A program made the translations under genes and the position numbers. A stretch of DNA of 64,000 bases, from NCBI RefSeq assembly GCF_009914755.1, contig NC_060935.1. One strand, written 5' to 3'. The stretch is from the human T2T-CHM13v2.0 reference genome, Homo sapiens. A model generated the notes under the pieces. The model was not told where the DNA came from. It worked only from the letters and a program-made list of their open reading frames with translations, and ran no database searches. The first letter of the stretch is position 1; every line of letters starts with the position of its first letter. This document shows, piece by piece, positions 40,424-52,318 of this stretch.

Positions 40424-42939
40424 TAAGAGAGGAAGGGTGTCCGCCGGGGTTCTGGTTTTCTATGTATGTCAGTCTGTGTGTTGCCAAGTTTAATATGTAT
40501 GAGTATGAATGGGTGTGTTTGTGTGTATGAGTAGATTGTGTGTGCATATTTATGTAAGTGTGGTGGTGTGTATTTGGGTGGGTAAAGTGTGGAGTGGGAA
40601 TGAGTGAGCATGTGTGTATGTTCGAGTGTGCATGAGCGCCTGCCCGTGAACATTTGTGTCTTTGCAGAGGTGCACTGTCAAAGTATGGACTGCTCTCGAG
40701 ATTTCAGTGTGGGGAGGGAAGCTGGGAGCCCTTCCTCCTGTCCAGGTAAAGGCGCATCTGGAGCCAGCCATGGTCCCCCAAAAAGGCCTGAGGCCTGCTG
40801 GGCAGCTTGAGACAGACACCCCCTCCTCAGGGAGCAGCCTCCGGCAATTTTGAGGAAGTGGTCAAGAGGGCATCTCCATGGCTAATCTCGGTGGCTTGGA
40901 AGTTGGTGGAGGGCTGGGCTGTAAGGTAGGGGTGGTCCGTCTGAGCCCCCGATCCTGAGATCACAGCCTGTCCTTCCTCCTTGTCGAAAGCGGAGGGTGT
41001 TGGAGTGGGTCACTGGGCTTATGCCAGTGCTTCCTCTGGGACATCCCGTGGTGGGGAGAGGGGGTCGGTCCTTAAGGGTCCTTAAGGGGGAACCTGCAAG
41101 GAGAAGGTGTGTGAGAGGTGGGCGTGTCTTCATGGGCCACTCCCCTATAGCCATACCAGCTTGTTCCTAGGAAGAAAGGACACGCTGCTGCTGACCTTGG
41201 TCCCTCAGATGGCCTCTCTGGATCAGTTTCCTTATCTGTAAAATGGGGGAGGGGGCCTGGTGAACTCTTAAGGGCCTTGCTGCTGGAACATCAGTGACTG
41301 AGCCCAAAAAGAGGAACTGGTAGCAGCCACCCACCCTGGAAGAGACACTCCCAGCCTTCACTGGACTCTGTCCTTAGAGGCCTAAAGAGAGACCCTAAGG
41401 CCTGTGGGGGAAGGGCAGAGTAGAGAATTTAAAGCAGAGCCCCTCCTGCATCCCTGAGCTGCCCTCACCCCCTACCAGGCAAAGCACTGCCTCTGCCCTG
41501 CTGTCTTTTACTCCGCATCTCTCCCCTCCTGCGCACTGGAGCCTGAGCCAGAGCCAGGGGTAGAGGGCTAGGGAGGGGTAGGAAGTTGCAGAGGAGAGTG
41601 GAGGGAGGAGACTTGGGGGGACCTCAAGTGCCCATGGGCAAAGAAAGTCTGTGTTTAGGCACAGACCTTGTAGATCTGTTAACTGAGATCAAAAACAGTA
41701 TGGTATGTCGGGGCGGGCGGGGGGCAGGTAGCCGGTCAGTCTTATACCTTGAATTCTAGAACAACTGTGTTTATGGGGGGAGGCAATAGGGAGAGAGCCA
41801 GGCCCATGTTTTGCCACTGAGGACCCTCCCCAAGGTCACCCAGGGAGCTAGAGGCCAAGAAAGACTAGAACTCAATTCTCCTGGGACCCTATCCTCCCCT
41901 GGGCTGCCTACCAGCTCCTGCCTTTCCCCAGAGTGGACTGGGACCCTCAGAGGGCTTCCCTCCCCTTCCCTTTCCTGACAGAGGCCACCACAGCTAGAGG
42001 GTTATGTAACTGGAGGCTGTGGCTGAGCTGTGGGGAGGGGCTGGAGGAGGGGGATGGGAGGTTGAACTAGTGCATGTTGGGGTGGGGGTGGGCAGAGGCC
42101 TGGGTTACAGCAGCTGCCCATTCAGCCCACACTTGACCTTGGGCAGCATCTCCCCCACCAACTTTGGCCCCAGAAGCAAGGGGTAGGCTCAGTCTCCTGA
42201 CTCCCAAGCAAGAGGCTGAGTCCCCCAGCCCCACCCTTTGCACTCAGTGTTGGGGCTCTGATCAGTGTCCTGAGTTTCAGGGCAGGCAGGGGGCAGTGGG
42301 GCATGTTCCAACCCCCTCCCCTGGCCCTCTCCTCCCACTGGACATTCCTAGGCTGCGGGTGGCCTTCACCCAAGGCAGACAAATGGGCCAGCTAGTGTGG
42401 TTTGAGGTTCTATTGGTGTGCAAAACCGTACAGAAAAGTCTTGAAAAAAATCTCTGAAGTGAATGCTCACTGAAGAGCGGACTCTGAGGGAAAAGCTGGG
42501 CGCCCGGTGGTCGGGGTGAGGCGGTACTGGGATAGGAGCGGGTGCTAGTGGGTGCTCCCCTTCAGCCTGTCTGAGCCACCTTCTCTCCCCAGTGGCCTCA
42601 AAGGAAGGTTGTTGTCCCTTCCAGCTCCCTCGGGGAACAGTTGAGGACACTGAGGCCCGTAGGAGGAGGGACCTGCCCAAGGGCACTCGGGAGCTGAGGA
42701 GGGCAGAGCGGGATTAGAACCCCAGCTTCCTGCCGCCCGCCCGGCTGGCCTAGCTGCACTGCGCTGCCTCTCTGCGGCTCATCTGCGCACAGACCAGCCG
42801 CCTGCCCGCCCTCCTCCCCCTCTGTCTTTGCTCCGCCGCCTCTGCTGTCACCTTTGTTTACCCCTCCCCCACACGGGGCCCCGAGACTCCTCACACCAGC
42901 GGGTCGGGACTTAAGTCGTTATTCTAGATCTAGGCCAGC

Positions 42940-43600
42940 ATGTTGTGTGTGATCTTGCATATGTGTGTGAAGGAAAGGCTGTATGTGTGAGACAGAGGCT
43001 CTTTGTAAGAGAGATTGTGTGTGAGTGTGAGAGACTTGTGTGTGTGAGAATAAATGTGAGACTTCAGGCGTGTGTGTGTGTGTGTGTGTGTGGTGAGACT
43101 GCGACTCTGTGCGAGCTTCCTGAGTCCTTGTGTCAGGGGTTGTGTGTGTGAGAGAGGCGGATTCTGTGTTTTGGATGGACTGTGCGTGTGTGAGAATGAG
43201 ACTGTGTGGGAGAGAGTGTGTATAAGGAAGAGAGACTGCATGTGTAAGAGAGATGCTGTGTGTGAGGTTTGGAGAGTGCGTGAGAGTCGAGGTGAGTGTG
43301 TCTGCGTGAGTGTGTGGCTGTGTGTGGCAAGTGTGAAACTGTATATGTGGAGCTCATGTGTGAGTCTGTGTGTGTGTGTGTGTGTGTGTGTGTACATGCG
43401 TGTACACATAAGGCAGGAGGCTGTGTGGGGTGGGGGTCCCTGTGTGTGACAGACTGTATGTGAAGGTGTGTGTAAGACAGAGATTGTGTGTGAAATCCTG
43501 TGTGTGACAGTGTACGTGATGTGTGTGAGAACCCACGTGTGTGTCAGTGTGCTGTGTGTATGTGAGAGAGAGGTCCTGTGCATCCCGAGTGTGTGTGTGC
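42940..43600. repeat. TG/GA-rich low-complexity tract
   Basis: Interspersed (TG)n and (GA)n runs; produces spurious His/Thr- and Cys/Val-rich ORFs. Confidence 0.85.
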
Positions 43601-46600
43601 TTGAGGAAGATGAGATTCCAGAGCTGCTTCCTGCCCACTGCCTCAGTCTCTGGGACTCCGGAGTGGCCTAACTGAGGGCATTTCCTTTCCTCAGTAGAGA
43701 TGCTTTTCTGCCCAGGCCACTGTCAGTGTGTGGGACGGGTGGTGAGGTCACCTTTCCCTGAGGAGCTGCCACCTACCCTGGGCCTTGGTGCTGGCCCTGG
43801 AGATAGGGGCTACATAGTCGGGGCGGGAGGGCCCATCTGAGTTCCTGAGGGGCAAGAGTGCCGGCTGCTGGCTGGGGCAGCTGCTCCCCTGGCCCCCTTT
43901 CCTGTGCTCTGGGCATCAGCCTGAGGGGATGAGCTGGGACAGGATGAGCTCCACGTGTGTTCTGGGTTGGGGGGTGGTGCCCCTGACACACACAAGACAA
44001 TGATGATGGTGGTACTGTTTGGAAAGGCTATGAAGGGATTTCCTGGGGCCATGAGAATAAGAACTGCCCCAGAGGAGGTGATGCTGGGGCAACCTTTGAG
44101 GGGCAGGGAGGAGTTAACCAGGTGGAGAGGGCAGGGGGGTCATAGAGGTGTGAGAGCAGGCAGGGGAGTGTTGGGGCTGCCTGGCTTGAAACCTGCCCTC
44201 CTGTCTTCCTTGGGGGCCAGCTCAGGTCTGAGGCTCTTGGCTTTAGTCTCTGATTTGCATGTCATCATCAGGGACGTTGTTGCGTCCCATCAGGGCCAAT
44301 GGTGGTCCTTGTGCTGCAGGCCAGAGTGTCCTGTGTGTGTGTGTTTGTGTGTGTGTGTTAACATCTGTTCCTGAGTCACTTGACCTTCCAAATGCCAAAG
44401 TAGTGCCAATGGCCCCCAAGCTGGGGAAGCCCCACCTCCATCCACCCAGCTGCCTGCCTCTCCTCTGACCCTTGTCCTGTGTCTGTCTCTCTGCCCTGTC
44501 ACTGCCTCTTTGGAACTCGATAAAAACTGGCCTCCCCTCAGCTCCCAGGGAAGGAAATTTACCTGGTGGCGGGAAATAAAGCGCCCAGCCAGAGGCTTCT
44601 GTTCCTCCCTTGGGTCCCAGCCGACACAGGGCTCTTGGAGTCGTGGCTTGGCATGCGGAGGGCTGGGGGACAGAGCTATTATCAGGGGATTCTAGGCAGT
44701 GCACCCCCTTGCCTCGGAGCCCACTCCCCCAGGCCAGGGCCCCACTTGGAGTCATGGTACCATATGAAGGAGACCCATGAACAGTGGAGAAGGGGCTGGG
44801 TATGTTCACCTCCCAGCCACCCCAAGGGCCTTCCACCACAGTGTGCCCCCCTGCTTCCCATGATCCTTGTATGGGGTCCTCAGGTCTTTGAATGGTTCCT
44901 CCAGCTCCCCCCACCCCCCTCCCAGTAATGAAAATCATAAACCAAGCGCCTCCTGGTCAGAGCCCTGCAGCCCCTTCACCGCTAAATGGGAATAAAGTTA
45001 GAACCGTCCTCACGAGGTTGGTGTGAAGATAACTGAGGTAATGCTTGGACAGCCCCGAACCACAGGGCCTGGCATACAGTAAATGCTCAATAAATGTTGG
45101 CTACTATTATTACTACTGTTGGTTGTATTATCATTTCCCCTCCTGTAGACTCTCTCGTCTCCCTCCACCTCCATGTTCACCATCCTGGCTCAAGCCACCA
45201 TGGTTCCCCTCAGGCTCACCTCCCCGGCAGCCCCCCAGCTGCTCTCCCACCTCCAGCCCCTGGCTGCTCCAGTTTATCCTCCACCTGGCAACCACAGAGG
45301 TCTTTTCAACTCACGGGCCTGTCAGATCGCCCGAGCCTGCTTAGAACCCTTCAGTGCTTCGCCAGCCCGTGGCCCATACTGTGGCCTCTCAGGCCCTGCC
45401 TGTCCCTCCAGTTTCCTCTGACCTGACTGTCTCCATCGCTTACCAAACCCCAACCACCCAGCCTCGTTTCAGCTTCTTGCACCTGCCAGGTTCCCCTGCC
45501 TCAGGGCCTTTGCACATACCCTGCCTTCTGGAGCGCTCTTTCCTCTGGCTCACCCCTCTTTATCCCCGACACCCCACCTCAAACAGCAGCTCCTCAGTGA
45601 TGCCTTCCCGGGCCCCTAGGCTGGGTTGGAGTCAGAACCAGGGCCCTTCCTGGGAGAGAAGCTCTCTGATTTCTAATAAAATGTTCATTAGCAGCCTTGT
45701 TTGATTTGGGCTCATCTCTCCTCTAGACTGTAAGCCTCTGGCATGCTCTATAGAATAGGAGCTGTTATCATGACAGATGAGGAAGTTGAGGCCCAGAGAG
45801 GAGTGCTCTACCTGAGGCCCCTCGTGAGCGGGTTAGCTGAGGGCTGGCTGGGAAACTCGTATCTCCTGACTCCTGGCTCACAGGTGCTTTGTGTCACATC
45901 GCCTCAGAGCATTTGGAGTCTGTGCTCCTTGACTCTGAGCAGGAGGCCTGGCCTCTGCCAGAAGCTTTGGAGGGGATTGGCTGAAGTCTATCAAGGAGGG
46001 AGGTGGTGGTTGTCTCAGAGGTGGGGGAGGGGGTTCAGTGGGGGCTCATTCCAGGGTCCACTGCCTGGGCTGAGGATCTCAAGGCCTCCACGACAGCTGA
46101 ATATAATGCCTCTGGCTATTCTGAGCGGTCTCATGACCAGGGGATTCACTCTAGACCAAAAGGTCAGGGCCTTGAGCCACTGCCTCCCATCAGCTCTGGG
46201 GCCAGCCTGGCTACCACCCCAGCGTGAGCTCCCCTCTGCTAGGTGCAAGGTTAGAGGAAAAGGAGGGCCTGACAGGCTGCAGGGGTGCTTTGCTCTTCAG
46301 TCCTTATTCAGGGGAACCATTTAGGTGGTAGGGACCACTTCACATATGCATGGGACTATTGCAGGGAATGGGTGCTCCCAGGCTACCTCTAGTCAATATT
46401 TTCATTCAGTGAAAATAAACAGGCTCAGAGAGGGAAAGACACTTGCTCAAGACAACACAGGGAATCAGTGAGACTCAAACTCACAGCCTAGGCCTCTGGT
46501 CCCAGGGCCTGACCATCTGAATTTCTTTTGGCTCTCAGTTTTACAAGAACACCAAACCCCACCTGGGCGTGCTGTTCTTCTCTTATCTACTCCCATTAAT

Positions 46601-48674
46601 TTCCTTCCTGGGGGAAGTGGAATACACAGATACCTGCATTCCAAGGACACGGCACAGCTGATTGAGACCTTCTCACGTCAGCCAACCCAGACTTGACCCA
46701 AATCCTTAGGATTCCCCAAGCAGGATTTTCCAGAACCCCCTTCCTTTCTTGAATCACGCAGTGTCAGACACTGTCTTAAGGACTTGATTTATATATCCTC
46801 ATTTATTAATAATTCTCACAAGGCTCTCAAGGCTGCACTATACTATCACGCCAATGACACAGACAAGGCTGCAGAGGCTCAATGAAGTTAAGTAACTTAC
46901 CCAAGGTCACTTAGCTCATGCGCGGTGGAGCCAGCAGTCAGACCTCAGTCTGTCTGACGCTGGAGCTCTATCTGTAACTATTACACAGCACTGCCTCCTG
47001 TCCATGTTCCAGGGATGGTGAGGCCTGTGGCTTGCTGTGCCCCAGGTTTGAATTTCCGTCTGGGTCTCTCCCTCCCCACCATCCACTCTTTCCCAACAAC
47101 CTGTCCAGAACCTGTCAGCAAGTTCTGGCCCCTGGGTAATGGCAGGTGAGGGCCCTGCCTGGCCAGGCCATGGGCTAAGAGGGCGCTCTGTCAGTCCCAA
47201 GGAAGGTTTTGTGACAGTGCCTCAATTGTCCCCCCACTCCCATCCATGCAGCCCCTGGGACTCCATATGGCCTAAAGTGAAATGCCAGGAGGATTGGGAG
47301 GATCAGAAGCTGCTTGTGCAGGGCGGCACATGGTGGGAACGCTGGCCGCCCCTCAGCTCGGCACTCCAAGGCCTTCTGCCCTGGAACCCAGCCACAGCTC
47401 CTGCGGCTCCCTTCCGCCAGCCTCCTCCCTGGTCCTCATTGGCAGCCCTTTAACCTCTGGGGTTTTGGTCATCTATTCCCCTCACTTCAGTGTCCTCCCT
47501 GCTTTTTGCTGAACGTGAAAATCCATCCCTTAAGGTTCCTCACACTTAGCCTGGCTGCTCCTGCCCTCGCTGACGTCATGTTTTTGGGAGTGAGGGGTAT
47601 GCACTGGGCACTGAGTCATCCAGTTTGTGAGATGTGAGCTGGTGATGAGTAGGTCAGTTCTGGAGGCTGGGGGCTGGGGACAGGCGGGCCCTCAGGATTA
47701 GAGACCAGCCCCGGTGTGTGGAGAGATGAGGCCACAGGCAAGACCCAGGTTGTAGGCATCAGACACCTGGATTAGAGAGGAATCTAGCCAGGCTGTGAAA
47801 CCAGCTGGGCTACCTTGAGCAAGTCCTGTGGCCCCTTCATCCTGCAGTTTTTCCACCTGTAAAATACAGAGGTCGTGCTAACTGACGGCTAAGGCTCTTC
47901 CCAACTCTGACATTCTGGGAGTCCAAGAATTCTAGGCTTCAGCTTCCCAGAGGAGCTGGGGAAACCAAGCCAGTCCTCCCCTATTTCTCCTTCTCTCTCC
48001 CAGCCCAGCTCCTCCCCAGGGCACGTGTGAGCAATCCTGGCAAAGGTCCTGGCCCAGAGCAGGCAGGAGCCCAGCAGGAAGGGGTCTAAAAAGCTTCCTC
48101 CTACATTCATTCAGCCTGCCTCATCCTGTCCTCACTCATTCATTCAAGGCATAGTGATCGCACCCCTGCCTGACGGGCTCCCCCAGCCCTCTGGCAGGCA
48201 CAGACCTGGGGGGATCACCTCTTTTGGGGGTGCTTGCTCAGGCCTATGGACAGCACCCATTGCCCGCTTCTCCAGGCCCTTCTCTTCGCTTCCTGCCCTT
48301 AGGGAGCTGCAGAAAGGCCCACTTGGAGCTCCTGTGTGCCAGGCTGTGGGGTCTGGAGCAGGGGCAGTGGGGCCAACTTCTATGGTGTAGGGCTGCTGTG
48401 GGGAAGGGCGCAGGGGATGGGTGCTGTGCTGGAAGGGCCAGGGCTGGGTAGGGGTGTTTGCGATGGCTGCTATGGGGGATGGAGGGGTGGCTGCTGGAGG
48501 ACTCCCACCCATGCCTGACCCTCAGAATTACCTGGGATGCTTAAAGTTCATACTCCTGGGAAACTCGATTCTTAGATCAGGGAGGGGGAGAATGTTCCCT
48601 TCACCCCTCAGCACAGCTGAGGCCACTGCTGAGTGAGGGTACATCGCTGCATTGGGGCCTGAGAGGTGTGGGCT

Positions 48675-48833
48675 CCTTCCATTCAAGGTGTGGCCCTCTG
48701 ACCAACAGCAACACCATGAGGACATTTGTTAGACGTGAAGCCTTTCAGGCCTCACCCCAGCCCTGAAACCGATTCAGAATCTGCATTTTCACTCCCCAGA
48801 TGATTCATGCACGGTGGAGTCTGAGAAGTGCTG
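48675..48833. mobile_element. MER5A-like MITE
   Basis: CAAGGTGTGGCCC...TTGTTAGA...TCAGAATCTGCATTTT...CCCCAGATGATTC...TGAGAAGTGCTG. Confidence 0.7.
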
Positions 48834-51800
48834 ATGCAGGCAGCGGCTCCAGTCGAGGGCCAGCCTCAGGACACAGAGGGCTGGATGGGCGTGTGTGGGT
48901 TGGCAGAGTGTCACAAGCAAGCCGCTCCTTCCTGAGGCTGAGGCTTCGATGGCAGGGGGACTGGGCCTGGGGTGAGGCCCCATCACAGCCATGGCAACCG
49001 CATCCATCTGGTGGCTCCCACTGGTAGACCTTGGGAGTCATCCTGGACTCCTCTCTCTCTCAGACATCAACCAACCCTGTTGTCTTCATGTTTCAAGTAC
49101 ACTCGGAATCTGAGTGCATCGCACGCCTCCACAGCTACCCCCCCGTGGAAGCCCCTGCCCTCTCTTGCCTGAGTTCTTCTCTCAGCCCCAGCTGCCCCGC
49201 CCTTCTCTCAGGGCAGCCAGGGCCGGCCTGGCAAAGTGCTATCGGACCAAGTCAGCCCTCCGCTCCATCTCACGCTGGGGTCTGGGCTTCCTCAGAGGAT
49301 GCAGGCTCCACTTGAGTGCCCCACACCCAGCATCTCCCTCTGCTGTCTGCTTCTCTCTCCCTCCCTCCCCCAGCCTCCATGGCTTTCCTCCCCAGCGCTG
49401 CCCATGCTTCTGCCTCAAGACCTGCGCTGCGCTGGTCCCTCCACCTGGCATGCTTTTCCCTTGGGTATCAGCTCTCACACCCCCTCCAGGTCTATACTCA
49501 GACATCATCAGCCCAGATGACACTTCTCCGGCCCCTTCCCCACTTCGTGCTTTGCTCTTTTCTCCTTGGCATTAACCACCATCTGATGTACTATATAGTT
49601 TACTTGTTTGCCTTGTTTATTGTCTGTTTCCCCACTAGACTGTACAGTCCATGAGGGCAGGGATTTTTGTCTCTTTTTCCAATTGCTCTGTCTCTAGAAG
49701 CTAGAGTAGGGCCTGGTACATAGTGGGTGCTAAATAGATATTTACTGAAAGAAAGAATAAGCAAGTAGGGTTCAAGGCCGAGGGCAGACATGGGCACCGT
49801 GCATTTGAACCTGTTCCTAGCTGAGCCTTCCTTTCTGGCCTCACGTGGGAGCACAATCCCTCCATCCCCTGAGCCTGGAGCAGCGAATAACAGGCAAAGG
49901 CTGGGGCAGCGCTAGTAGGGGGTCCAAACCCCAATCCAGGCAGGGGCCCACCTGCTGGTGTCACCACCCAGGCCCAGATGAAGCTCTTCACAGCTTAACC
50001 CTCTGTCTTTTCGAACTTCTTCTCTGCGCTGCATCAGCCCACCCACCATCCACAACCACAGCTTTGAGGCCACGAAACTGTTTTCCAAAACCAAGATGCA
50101 CAAGTTCCTACGTCCCACTTGGTCCAGCCCGACCCCCGAGTCTGACTTCTCCTGGACTCCGTTCCTCCCAAAGGCCAGCCAGGCTCTTTTCCTACCTCTC
50201 CTTCCCCATCTCCTTCCATGTCCACCTCCTTCCCTTCCCTGTCCCCTCCTTGTCCCCTTTCCTCTGTAGCTGTGCTTGTGGAAAGTTCTAGGCATTAGTC
50301 ACTGGCTTTCAAAATGGACTTCTCTCCTCCAAAGTCTAGGATGGTTTCTGTCCCAAATCCCCTGCTTTGGGCCTCCTTCTGCATTCAGTAGAAAGTGTAT
50401 GGGCTTTGCATCTCCCCACTCCCCACTGCTTCCTGGCTACACGATTTTGGGAATATGACCTGGAGCCCCTTTCTCTGCAAGAGCATAGCCCCTTGAACCA
50501 TCAGGCCTTCGATCGAATCCCAGCCCCACTACCTTCCAGCTGTGTGACCTTGGATAAGTCTCCTAACCTGTCTGTGCCTCAAAAGAGGGGTATTGATAGC
50601 ACCTGATTCATAGGGAAGTTGGGAGGATCCAATGTGTTAAGCACTTAGCCCAGAACCCAGAACATAGTAAGTGCTTAATTGTTGTGCATTCCATCATCTT
50701 TTTACCAGCTCTCGGCCCTGCGAGATTCAAATCGTCACCCGTTACCCACCTGTTTCCTTCTTTTAGCTCCTGACTCTACTATCAGATGCTTCTCCTAGGT
50801 GGCAGCTCACCTACCGTGGTCCCTGGGGTCCCTTCTTCCAGTCTGTCTACCAGGGGCAGACTTCAGAGGCGTCACCCTGGGAGGCAGGCATGGATTCTTG
50901 CTTGGTTCTCCTGAGCTCCCTGTGTGTCCTGGGCAGGTCACAACCCCTGTGAGCCTCGGTCTCCCCATCTGTGGTTATGGGCCGCTTGTCCCTGCTCTTC
51001 CTCCATCCCCAGGTGTGGCAGGGTATAAAGGGGAGGATGATGGAACGTCCGCCTGCCAGGGGAGAGGGAGGGAGGGCCGCTGACATCAGGCCTTGGTTGG
51101 GAGCCAAGCACAGGGACCTCAGATGCCGACAAGTGTGCCAGTGTGGTAGGGCTGGCGGGCGGAGGCCATGCATCACAGCTCAGGTCATTGGAATGTCTCC
51201 TCTTTAAAGGGGCTGCTCTGGCACAGGGAGGAGCCTGGGGGCTAGGGCTGGGGGCTCCTGTTGGGTGCCCATGGGCGGTGCCCACTCTGAAGCTGGGCTG
51301 CTCCGCCAGGCCGACGCCAGCCTGGGTGGGGACGAGCTAATATTAGCTGGGGCGGCCCCAGACAGCTGAGCTCAGGGGGGCTCAGGAACCAGCCTCGCTG
51401 GGTCAGGCTCAGATGCTGCCTCAGTGTGAGCCATGGCAGCAAAATGAAGCTTTCTCTCAAGCCTCTGCAGGGCGTCGGATGCCCCTTCCACCCTGGCCAG
51501 CCCCAGCCCTTCCCTGTTGGCCTGGCAGCCTGGCTCTGGCACCCCTGCCCACAATGCCACTCACCTCACCTCTTCCTTCCCCAGTGCAACACAGAAAGCT
51601 CACAACTCCTCTCCCCACACTCCCGCTTTGCACATAAACACAGTCCATGAGCCATTTCCCTGCCAGGGGCTGCTGTCAGCACCAATTCATCCATCCAGCC
51701 AACAAATATTTATTGAGCATCTACTATGTGACAGGTGCTGCTCAAGAAGCTGAGAATAGGGCAAAGAACAAAACCACCAAAAATCCCTGCCCTCAAGTTC

Positions 51801-52099
51801 TTATATTCTAGCTGGGCAAGATATGACAGAGGCAGGAGCCCAGGGCGCACTGGAGTGGGCAGTTTTAACTCGTGCGGCAGGGAAGCGTCACTGTGAGCGC
51901 AGGTCATATTTCAGCAAAGATTGAAGGAGGTGAGGAAGGAGGCCACAGGACATCTGGGCAGCAGAGGAAGTGAGATGTGCAAAAGCCCCGAGCAGCTGTG
52001 TGCCCAGGGTTCAAGGCGCAGCGAGGAGGCATATCTGGGGCTGGGCTCGGAGTCAAAGGACAGTGGTATATCAGAAGGGGTGGTGCTCCTTCCACACAG

Positions 52100-52318
52100 A
52101 CAGAAAGATGGAGGAATGTACTCTGGGGACTCCAAAGAAGGGAGGCTAGGAGGGGGATGACAGTTGAAAAATTACCTACTGGGTGCAATGTCCAATATTT
52201 GAGAGATGGGCACGCTAGGGGCCCCCATACCCACCATTATGCATGTAATGCCCATTTAACAAACAAGCACATGTACCCCTTAAATCTAAAATAAAATAAT
52301 TTTTAAAAGAAAGAAAAA
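52100..52318 (+). mobile_element. L1PB/L1MA-type 3' end
   Basis: TGGGGACTCCAAAG...TTGAAAAATTACCTACTGGGT...CACATGTACCCCTTAAATCTAAAATAAAA followed by an A-rich tail. Confidence 0.8.

Noticed and set aside
44945-44959. CTCF-like motif AGCGCCTCCTGGTCA
   Set aside because: About three mismatches to the core; cannot be supported without a PWM score or ChIP data.
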